DNA of 64,000 nucleotides from an uncultured Gemmatimonadales bacterium (GTDB lineage Bacteria; Gemmatimonadota; Gemmatimonadetes; Longimicrobiales; RSA9): NCBI GenBank assembly GCA_963708135.1, contig OY970192.1, positions 352,001 to 416,000 of the forward strand, read 5' to 3'. Shown piece by piece: positions 32,742 to 41,117 of this stretch (position 1 is its first letter; each line of letters starts with the position of its first letter). The notes under the pieces were generated by a model. It saw only the letters and a program-made list of their open reading frames with translations, ran no database searches and was not told where the DNA came from. The position numbers and the translations under genes were made by a program.

Positions 32742-33439
32742 CTGCTTTTTTCCGTGTTGACTCAGTTGGGAAGCGGTTCGCCTCCAGGGCAGTCCTGAAC
32801 TCGGCTTCAGTCTGGTCCGACGCGGGCAGTATCACAGTTCTCGCCGGAAGGAACGGTAGTGGCAAGTCCACCTTGCTCCGGATTGGATCCGGACTCCTCA
32901 GGCCGGACTACGGCCACGTCGGGCTTGGCGGTGAGGTTTTTCTCCGGCCTCGACTCGGGACCCTGGCACGGCGAGGACTCTTCTATGTTCCCGATGAAGG
33001 CATTTGTTCGTGGCGATTTACGGTCCGAGCGCACTTGGATGCAATCGCATGGAGATTTGGTGAAGCGGTGCGGCTTGACCAGGGCGTCCTCACCCGCTTG
33101 GGGATTGAGCAGCACCTCGATGCGAGCCCTCGCTTACTCTCCCACGGCGAGCGACGTCGCGTCGATTATGCTATGGCCTTCGTCCGACATCCGCGTGTGC
33201 TGCTCGCCGATGAGCCCTTGCGCGGGACGGGCCCTTTGGACGCGGATCGAATCAAGGCGACACTTCGAGAGCTCGCCCTGGATGGCTGTGCGATCGTTGT
33301 TACTGGTCACGAGATGGTGGATTTGCTCGAGATCGCTGATTGCGTGGTTTGGCTTACGCAGGGGAGTACGCGCTCACTGGGGAATCCGGCCGAAGCTGCT
33401 AACGATGAGTGGTTTCGGCGAGGCTATCTAGGTGTGTGA
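32738..33439 (+). CDS. ABC transporter ATP-binding protein
   Basis: GRNGSGKST, LSHGERRR, LLADEP, VTGH. Confidence 0.88.
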   Translation: MTAFFRVDSVGKRFASRAVLNSASVWSDAGSITVLAGRNGSGKSTLLRIGSGLLRPDYGHVGLGGEVFLRPRLGTLARRGLFYVPDEGICSWRFTVRAHLDAIAWRFGEAVRLDQGVLTRLGIEQHLDASPRLLSHGERRRVDYAMAFVRHPRVLLADEPLRGTGPLDADRIKATLRELALDGCAIVVTGHEMVDLLEIADCVVWLTQGSTRSLGNPAEAANDEWFRRGYLGV

Positions 33440-33487
33440 AGTCAACGCTGTTTACGCCGGCAGCCCGCGGGTGCGTATCCGAATTGG

Positions 33488-34153
33488 ATGGTAATCTATA
33501 TATTGCGAGGACTGATTAACGCTGTTATGGATGCCATTATCATATGTTTGGTAATGGCGCTGGCCTTCTTCTATCTCCCTCCAAGTTATCCGTTCGCTGC
33601 GCGACTGCACGCGCGCTGGTTGACGGCTCGCCAACACCGCGCGATTGAGGCTGAGTGGAACCATCTCATCGCAGAAAGTTCGCTCGTGGCTGGGAATGGG
33701 CCGAACGTAGTTGTTGAGTTTGGGGACTACCGCTGCCCGTTTTGCCGAATGGACGAGGCGCAAGTCGAAGATGCAGCCCGTTCTCACCCCGATTTGTCCG
33801 TCAGGTTTGCCCAGCTTCCGCTCCGGATTCACCCAGGCGCAGACCTCGCCTCGCGAGCGGCGCTTTGCGCTGGTCGCGCTGGTGCGTTCGTTGCCTTTCA
33901 CAATTCTCTGTTCGCATTTCAGCCCCCTCCACGGGAGGCAGATCTCGTTTCGCTCGCTTGGCGGTCTGGCGTTTCCGATACGCTGGCCTTTGGCGAATGC
34001 CTTGGTAGGGATGCGACCAGAGTTCGGCTCAGCCGAATTCGCCGGATTGCGGAGGACCTCGGAATAGTGGGGACTCCCAGCTTTGTCACTCGGAAGGGTG
34101 TATACAGAGGAGCGCTGGCCACGGACTCGATCTACTCCATCGCAAGACACTGA
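33488..34153 (+). CDS. DsbA-family thiol:disulfide oxidoreductase
   Basis: N-terminal TM, VEFGDYRCPFC, GIVGTPSF cis-Pro loop. Confidence 0.85.
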   Translation: MVIYILRGLINAVMDAIIICLVMALAFFYLPPSYPFAARLHARWLTARQHRAIEAEWNHLIAESSLVAGNGPNVVVEFGDYRCPFCRMDEAQVEDAARSHPDLSVRFAQLPLRIHPGADLASRAALCAGRAGAFVAFHNSLFAFQPPPREADLVSLAWRSGVSDTLAFGECLGRDATRVRLSRIRRIAEDLGIVGTPSFVTRKGVYRGALATDSIYSIARH

Positions 34154-34163
34154 TTGGAGACGG

Positions 34164-34313
34164 CTCGGAAGAATCGCCCCCCAGCTGCGCCGCGCCGCCA
34201 TCGCCCACAAGATTCCTACTGCACCACCCTGTCCGCCGCCTCCGCCGCGTGCGACGCCGTCATCGCGCTGCGGTCGCGGCGGCGGGAGGTGCGCAGCCTG
34301 CAGGAGCGGCACG
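34164..34313 (+). repeat. degenerate copy 2 of the carB 3' end
   Basis: 34186-34313 matches carB from 30095 with a 1-nt deletion; ragged homology back to about 34164. Confidence 0.9.
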
Positions 34314-34560
34314 GGGGGGGAGCCGGTGAGGGCGCCTAAGCTCGCGGGCTAATCGCCTCCGGCGCTCCGTGGCTTGTCGGGCGAGGCAGGTACCCAACGG
34401 GTTACCGATTGGGGCACGGAGGCAACGGGAGAGAGCGGACGAGGTGTGTCGCGTTCGGAGCAGATTGCTCTCGACTCTGCGCGAGCCGTCGCTGGATCAC
34501 CTTGTCCTCGAACGGAGCAAACAGCGCTGCCGCGCGCTCGGCGCCTGCTCCCCATGCGAG

Positions 34561-34980
34561 GCCGTGGCCGTCACCGTGAACGACCACGACAAGCCCAACG
34601 TGGTCCCCATCGTCCGCCGCTTCCACGACCTCGGCTTCCGCGTCCTGGCGACGTCGGGCACCCACCGCTACCTGCGCGCCCGCGGCATTCCCGCCGAGCC
34701 GATCTTCAAGGTCGGCGAGGACCGGCCGAACCTCGTCGACGCCATGATCAGCGGCGGCATCCAGCTCCTCATCAACACCCCCCTCGGCAAGAAGTCGCAG
34801 TACGACGACTACGCCATGCGCCGCGCCGCCATCGCCCACAAGATCCCCTACTGCACCACGCTGTCCGCCGCCTCCGCCGCGTGCGACGCCGTCATCGCGC
34901 TGCGCTCGCGGCGCCGGGAGGTGAGGAGCCTGCAGGAGCGGCACGCGGCGGCGGAGGCGGCAGTGCGGCGGGCGGGGTGA
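34561..34980 (+). repeat. copy 3 of the carB 3' end (420 bp, in frame, with TGA)
   Basis: Colinear with 29839-30258; homology continues through the downstream leader and regulator. Confidence 0.95.
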
Positions 34981-35241
34981 GATATACCGGCTCCGGGTGC
35001 TTTGACCCGGGGCCTACCAGGGCGCCGGCGTTCGCCGCTCTCGGGAGGTCTGCTCTACCGGCGCCAACCGGCGCCACAGCAACTCCCTGACAGATCTCTG
35101 ACATGGTTCTGACCTCGCCAGCCGCAGACGAGGTATCTTTACTCGTAGCGTCTCCTCATGGCCGGGCGCAGGTCGCCCGACCGGAGCCGAGCGTTCCGCG
35201 TACACCGCCGGCAGCCCGCTTTCTGGATCTGAGCCCGAACC

Positions 35242-35856
35242 GTGTCGCGACTCGAAACCCAGCCACCTGTCCTCAGGTTGGATCGGGAGCCTCGGCGCAT
35301 CGCGGCAACCGACCTGGAGCACTGCAGCTTGCCGCATGGTACGGTCCTCCTGCTGCGAGGCAGCGACGACGGGGCGCTCGATCATCTCCTGAGCTCGTTC
35401 GAGGCACTTCACCTCCGGATCGCCGGCGCACCCATCGTACTCTGGACCGACCTGCTGCCGCGCGGGGCTACGATCGAGATCGTGCAACGCCTCGCGCGAG
35501 CCGGTTTCGATCCCCCGCTCCTGGATCAAGAGCCGACCTCCGGCGAACTCCGGCACCTGCTCACCAACACCGCACGGTGTTCCCAGTCCTTTGTGCCATG
35601 GGTGATGGCGAGAGGCGCGGCCCGGGACCATCAGTTCGAGAAGGCACTTCGCGCGATTGTGACCTGTGCTCGCGAGCACCGTGACCTGTCGCATTTCGCG
35701 CAATCGGATACAGGTCTCAAGCAGTTTGAGCGTGCGTTTGCCCGGGGCGGAGTGAAAAGCCCGGCCCGCTGGTTTCGCGTTGTGCGTCTACGTGGGGAAC
35801 GCAATCCTCAGAACCTGGAGACCATCGACTACGCACACGGTTGCATCAACAACTAA
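35242..35856 (+). pseudogene. truncated paralog of the AraC-like regulator
   Basis: N-terminal half near-identical to the 30518 gene; homology ends at FRVVRL (about 35790), before the C-terminal HTH. Confidence 0.75.
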
Positions 35857-35869
35857 CCAGGGGGTTTAC

Positions 35870-36322
35870 ATGACTCGGACCATTCTCTTAGCGCTATTGC
35901 TCTCCGCACCCGGCTCGGCGGCTGCTCAGCAGATTGACCCAGTCGCGCTCATGGCCATGGCGACCCGTGCCGTGCAGGACACGCTCCATGCGCACGGGGA
36001 TGCCGCAATCGTCGCCGGGCCCACCCGCGCAATGGCGGGGGCGCGCGCACGCGCGGCACTCGCGCAACGGCTTGGGGCCGCTGACGTTGCGACGACTCCA
36101 TCTGTACAATGTGGCAGTCGCTGCCTCACCAGCCCGGCACACGACTTCTTCGCTGTGAGCGAGCCCGGGTTTGGCGGCTCCGAGGCCGAGGTGCTGGTTG
36201 AGGTATGGCAGCGGACGGATTCGCCTCGCGGCGACCTCTACCGGACACTCTGGCGGGTGACTCTGTCGCGGGCGGAGGGCTCTTGGCGGGTGAAGTCGGT
36301 GGGCCTCGAGGAGGTGTCCTGA
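35870..36322 (+). CDS. secreted hypothetical protein
   Basis: AGGGGG RBS, signal peptide MTRTILLALLLSAPGSAAA, one Cys pair. Confidence 0.7.
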   Translation: MTRTILLALLLSAPGSAAAQQIDPVALMAMATRAVQDTLHAHGDAAIVAGPTRAMAGARARAALAQRLGAADVATTPSVQCGSRCLTSPAHDFFAVSEPGFGGSEAEVLVEVWQRTDSPRGDLYRTLWRVTLSRAEGSWRVKSVGLEEVS

Positions 36323-36533
36323 CGCGCTCGGAAAAGACGAGGTCCTGCTGGCGCCGGTCGCGGTCCAGCCGATCGCGCCGGCGTCCTCTCGCCTCGCGCG
36401 ACCTCGCTGAACTGCGCACGCCGGCGAGCGGCCGCTCGCCCGCTGTCAAGCAACACCCGGTTTTGCGTAGTTGGGAGACACCCAGCCTTTTGCACCCGTT
36501 CCTCATGCAGCTTTCGAGTCACCTCCCTTCTGC

Positions 36534-37028
36534 GGGGCTGGACGAGTCCTTCGGCATGAGCTTCGCCAAGGCCGAGATCTCCGCCGGCGCCGGGCTGCCC
36601 ATGCAGGGCGCCGTCGCCGTCACCGTGAACGACCGCGACAAGCCCAGCGTGGTGCCGATCGTCCGCCGCTTCCACGACCTCGGCTTCCGCGTCCTGGCGA
36701 CGTCGGGCACCCACCGCTACCTGCGCGCCCGCGGCATCCCCGCCGAGCCGATCTTCAAGGTCGGCGAGGGCCGGCCCAACCTCGTCGATGCGATGATCAG
36801 CGGCGGCATCCAGCTCCTCGTGAACACCCCGCTCGGCAAGAAGTCGCAGTACGACGACTACGCCATGCGCCGCGCCGCCATCGCCCACAAGATCCCGTAC
36901 TGCACGACCCTGTCGGCCGCTTCCGCCGCCTGCGACGCCGTCATCGCGCTGCGCTCGCGGCGCCGGGAGGTGAGGAGCCTGCAGGAGCGGCACGCGGCGG
37001 CGGAGGCGGCGGTGCGGCGGGCGGGGTG
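36534..37028 (+). repeat. copy 4 of the carB 3' end (495 bp, in frame, stop TGA changed to TGG)
   Basis: Colinear with 29763-30257; about 10 amino-acid differences from native CarB. Confidence 0.95.
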
Positions 37029-37386
37029 GGGGCGGGCCCGCAGTGGGCATCGCGGCCAGCCGGGGCGGCGCCGCTCTTGTCGATAATGCGGCGCAACGGT
37101 CGCGTTCGGGCGTAGCGTGTCAGGTTTTCCGTCTGCGGCGCGGCAAAGGCGACACAGTCGCGTCAGACGCGTCGTGTTCACCGGCCGGAGGACGGCTTTC
37201 GCGACAAATCTCCGGCGGACCGCGCAGCCGTGTCGCCTTTTCCGGCGCCACCACGAGCGCGGGTAGGCGGTGCATGGACTCGGCGGGTCCCCCGCGTCGG
37301 GGCGAGGCGCTACTGGCTCGCGTCCCGCCCGCGCCCTATCTTGTGCATCCAATCCGCCCCGATCCAGCAACAGCCAGAGCAAGCCC

Positions 37387-38769
37387 ATGTCCGGCAGTCT
37401 TCAGCCGCGCCGCGGGTCCGCAGCCTTCTCCCTCGCGCTTGCCCTCGCCCTCCCCGGCGCGCCGGCGGGTGCCGCCGCGCGGGCCATTCCGGCCACGAGC
37501 GTCATGGCCGCGCCCGTCGTGGCGAGCGCTGCCTCGCCCGGTGCCCTCGGCGCCCCCGTCGCCTTGAAGGACGTCGCCCCGCGTTCCCGCGTCGGGTGGC
37601 GGGGCAGGGAAGGGCATTGGCGGGGCGGCGGCGGGGTTCCCCCACTGGGGCGGCAGGGCGGGGACGGGATCCCCCCTCCCATGGGCTGGAACAGCTGGAA
37701 CAGGTTCGGCTGCAAGATCGATGAGGCGCTGATCCGGGATGAGGCGGACGCCCTCGTCGCCTCGGGGATGCGCGACGCGGGCTACACCTACGTCAACATC
37801 GACGACTGCTGGATGGCGCCGGAGCGGGACGCGCAGGGGCGGCTGCAGCCGGACCCGAAGCGCTTTCCCCATGGCATCGCCGCGCTCGCGGACTACGTGC
37901 ACGCGAAGGGGCTGAAGCTCGGCGTCTACTCCTCGGCCGGCACGGCCACCTGCCAGAAGCTCCCGGCCAGCCTCGACCACGAGGCGGTGGACGCGAAGAC
38001 GTTCGCCGGCTGGGGCGTCAACTACCTGAAGTACGACAACTGCAACAACGAGGGCCGGCCGGCGCGGGAGCGCTACGCCGCCATGGGGCACGCGCTCGCG
38101 GCCACGGGCCGGCCGATCGTCTTCAGCCTGTGCGAGTGGGGCTCGAACGAGCCGTGGCGATGGGGGCGGAGCGTCGGCGGCGAGCTCTGGCGCACCACCG
38201 GCGACATCGCCGACCGCTGGTCCTCGGTCATGCGCATCCTCGACCTGCAGGTCGGCCTCGAGCGCTACTCCGGCCCCGGCGCCTGGAACGACCCCGACAT
38301 GCTCGAGGTCGGCAACGGCGGCATGAGCCAGACGGAGTACCGCGCCCACTTCAGCCTCTGGGCGCTGCTCGATGCTCCGCTCATCGCCGGCAACGACCTG
38401 CGCACCATGGGCGATTCCACGCGCGAGATCCTCACCAACGGCGAGGTCATCGCCGTGGACCAGGACTGGGGCGGCGCGCAGGGCTCGAAGCTGCGCGACG
38501 ACGGCGACGAGGAGGTCTGGACGAAGCCCATGTCCACGGGCGGCCGGGCCGTCGTGCTGCTCAACCGCGCGAACGCGCCCGCCACCATCGCCGTGACGCC
38601 CGCCGAGCTCGGCATGAGCGCGGAGGCCGCCTACACGGCGCGCGATCTCTGGGCCCACTCGGATGCCACGCTGAACGGACCGCTGCAGGCGACGGTGCCC
38701 CCGCACGGCGCCGCCATGTTCCTCGTCCTCCCGCTCCGGCCGAACGTTCCGGGCGCGGGCGGCCGCTGA
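37387..38769 (+). CDS. alpha-galactosidase, GH27
   Basis: PPMGWNSWN, NIDDCW, YLKYDNC, WRTTGDI, WNDPDMLEVGNG; signal-peptide-like N-terminus. Confidence 0.92.
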   Translation: MSGSLQPRRGSAAFSLALALALPGAPAGAAARAIPATSVMAAPVVASAASPGALGAPVALKDVAPRSRVGWRGREGHWRGGGGVPPLGRQGGDGIPPPMGWNSWNRFGCKIDEALIRDEADALVASGMRDAGYTYVNIDDCWMAPERDAQGRLQPDPKRFPHGIAALADYVHAKGLKLGVYSSAGTATCQKLPASLDHEAVDAKTFAGWGVNYLKYDNCNNEGRPARERYAAMGHALAATGRPIVFSLCEWGSNEPWRWGRSVGGELWRTTGDIADRWSSVMRILDLQVGLERYSGPGAWNDPDMLEVGNGGMSQTEYRAHFSLWALLDAPLIAGNDLRTMGDSTREILTNGEVIAVDQDWGGAQGSKLRDDGDEEVWTKPMSTGGRAVVLLNRANAPATIAVTPAELGMSAEAAYTARDLWAHSDATLNGPLQATVPPHGAAMFLVLPLRPNVPGAGGR

Positions 38770-38809
38770 CCTCGACCGCGTCCATCCACCGCCTTCAGGA
38801 GCCCCGCGC

Positions 38810-40567
38810 GTGAGCGTCCTCCCCACGGTCCACCTCTCCGGCGTGGACTACGCGATCCTGGTGGTCTACTTCGTGTTCGTGCTCGGTATCGGCTGGGCGC
38901 TGCGCCACTTCATGAAGACCAGCACGGACTTCTTCCTGTCCGGCCGCTCGCTGCCCGCCTGGATCACCGGCCTCGCCTTCATCTCCGCCAACCTGGGCGC
39001 GCAGGAGGTGATCGGGATGGGCGCCTCCGGGGCCAAGTACGGCATCGCCACCAGCCACTTCTACTGGATCGGCGCCATCCCCGCGATGGTCTTCGTGGGC
39101 CTCTTCATGATGCCGTTCTACTACGGCTCCCGAGCCCGCTCGGTCCCCGAGTACCTACGCTTCCGCTTCGACGAGAAGACGCGCGCGCTGAACGCCTTCT
39201 CCTTCGCCGTGATGACCGTGTTCTCGTCGGGCATCTCGATGTACGCCATGGGCAAGCTGCTCAACCTGCTGCTCGGCTGGAGCTTCGACGTCAGCGTGCT
39301 GGTCTCCGCCGCCGTGGTGCTCGCCTACATCGTGCTCGGCGGCCTGACCAGCGCCATCTACAACGAGGTGCTGCAGTTCTTCCTGATCGTCTTCGGCTTC
39401 GCGCCGCTCGTCATCCTCGGCCTCATCTCCGTCGGCGGCTGGCACGGCCTCGAGGCCAAGCTGGCCACCGTCGCCGTGTCCCACGGCTTCGAGGCCGGCG
39501 CCTACACGCACGCCTGGACCTACATGGGCTCGGCCGCGAGGAACCCCATCGGCGTCGAGTGGTTCGGGCTCGTCATGGGCCTCGGCTTCGTCCTCTCCTT
39601 CGGCTACTGGTGCACCGACTTCCTCGTCGTGCAGCGCGCCATGGCCGCGGAGTCGCTGCCCGCCGCGCGGCGCACGCCCCTGATCGCCGCGCTGCCCAAG
39701 ATGCTCTTCCCCTTCCTCGTGATCCTGCCCGGCATGATCGCGCTCGTGGCCGTCGGCGGGCACACCGGCGGCCAGGGCCTCATTCCGCCCAAGCTCGACG
39801 CGCTCACCGGCGCGCCCATGCTGGACGCCTCCGGCCACGCCGTCCTGGATTACGACCTCGCCACGCCGATGATGCTCGTGCACTTCTTCCCCAGCGGCAT
39901 GCTCGGCCTCGGCCTCACCGCGCTGATGGCCTCCTTCATGTCCGGCATGGCCGGCAACGTCACCGCCTTCAACACCGTCTGGACCTACGACATCTACCAG
40001 AGCTACATCCGCCGCGGCGCCAGCGATCACCACTACCTCGGCGTCGGCCGCATCGCGACCGTGGTCGGCATCGCGCTGTCCATCGCCGCCGCCTACGTGG
40101 CCGCGTCGTTCAACAACATCATGGACCTGCTCCAGCTCGTCTTCGCGTTCGTCAACGCGCCCCTCTTCGCCACCTTCGCCCTCGGCATGTTCTGGCGACG
40201 CACCACCGGCCACGGCGCCTTCTTCGGCCTCCTCGCCGGCACCCTCGCCGCCGCCGTGCACCACGGCCTCACGCTCCCCGCCGGCGCCGCCGTGGGCGTC
40301 AAGGGCGGCTACCTCGGTGTGCTCACCACCTTCCCGAGCGAGCTCGCCCAGACCTTCTGGACCGCCATCTTCGCCTGGACCACCTGCTTCGTCGTCAGCA
40401 TCCTCGTGAGCCTCGTCACCCGGCCGCGGCCCGCCACCGAGCTCGAGGGGCTCGTCTACTCCCTCACCCCCCGGCCCGTCCTCGAGCGGCGCTGGACCCA
40501 CCGCGCAGAGGTCTTCGCCGTCGTGATCCTCGCGCTCACGCTACTCCTCAACTTCGTCTTCTTCTAG
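38810..40567 (+). CDS. sodium:solute symporter (SSS family), probably sugar
   Basis: DFFLSGRSL, SANLGA, GYWCTDFLVVQR. Confidence 0.92.
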   Translation: MSVLPTVHLSGVDYAILVVYFVFVLGIGWALRHFMKTSTDFFLSGRSLPAWITGLAFISANLGAQEVIGMGASGAKYGIATSHFYWIGAIPAMVFVGLFMMPFYYGSRARSVPEYLRFRFDEKTRALNAFSFAVMTVFSSGISMYAMGKLLNLLLGWSFDVSVLVSAAVVLAYIVLGGLTSAIYNEVLQFFLIVFGFAPLVILGLISVGGWHGLEAKLATVAVSHGFEAGAYTHAWTYMGSAARNPIGVEWFGLVMGLGFVLSFGYWCTDFLVVQRAMAAESLPAARRTPLIAALPKMLFPFLVILPGMIALVAVGGHTGGQGLIPPKLDALTGAPMLDASGHAVLDYDLATPMMLVHFFPSGMLGLGLTALMASFMSGMAGNVTAFNTVWTYDIYQSYIRRGASDHHYLGVGRIATVVGIALSIAAAYVAASFNNIMDLLQLVFAFVNAPLFATFALGMFWRRTTGHGAFFGLLAGTLAAAVHHGLTLPAGAAVGVKGGYLGVLTTFPSELAQTFWTAIFAWTTCFVVSILVSLVTRPRPATELEGLVYSLTPRPVLERRWTHRAEVFAVVILALTLLLNFVFF

Positions 40568-40576
40568 GGATCGCCC

Positions 40577-40870
40577 ATGACCGCCGGCACCGGACTCGAC
40601 GTGCGCTACCCGCTGGGTGCCCTCTTCGCCACGCTCGGCGCCATCCTCATCATCTTCGGGGCGCTGACGCACGGCAGCGCCGAACGCTACGCCGCCTCGC
40701 TCGGCTACGACATCAACCTCTGGTGGGGCATCCTCATGCTCGCCTTCGGCCTCGGCCTCGTCGCCCTCGCCCGCCGCGGCGCGCGCGCCTCCGGCGTACA
40801 CGAGGCCGAGGAGATGCCCGAGGGCGAGGCGACCGAGGAGCGGGAGAAGGACGAGGGACTGGAGCGCTGA
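40577..40870 (+). CDS. small two-TM protein accompanying the SSS transporter
   Basis: LDVRYPLGALF...INLWWG. Confidence 0.75.
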   Translation: MTAGTGLDVRYPLGALFATLGAILIIFGALTHGSAERYAASLGYDINLWWGILMLAFGLGLVALARRGARASGVHEAEEMPEGEATEEREKDEGLER

Positions 40871-41117
40871 GGCGGCGCTGTCACAAGGCGACGCCTCGAT
40901 TCGTTATAGTGACGTTTCCCGGCCGCACCGGATGCAGGCCCCGCACGACCGGACATCCGGCTCCGTCTGGGCACGTATCACCCGAAATCGCTGAAATCGC
41001 GAATCCGCGACCGAGCACCCCGAGTGGCGCCCGGCGCGGGTGCGCGTCGCTGCGCGTTTCCCCCCGTACGGGGCGACGCGCATGCCCCCGAAGCATTCCT
41101 CAACCACGGGAGGACGC

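Noticed and set aside
34369..34980. Expressed stand-alone MGS-domain proteins (also ORF 36205-37086)
   Set aside because: Upstream parts of these ORFs look non-coding and no convincing RBS/start precedes the carB-derived segments; treated as silent repeats.
37136..37250. Inverted repeat AAAGGCGACAC / GTGTCGCCTTT after the last carB copy
   Set aside because: Single short pair with no second occurrence noticed in the window; insufficient to call an element.
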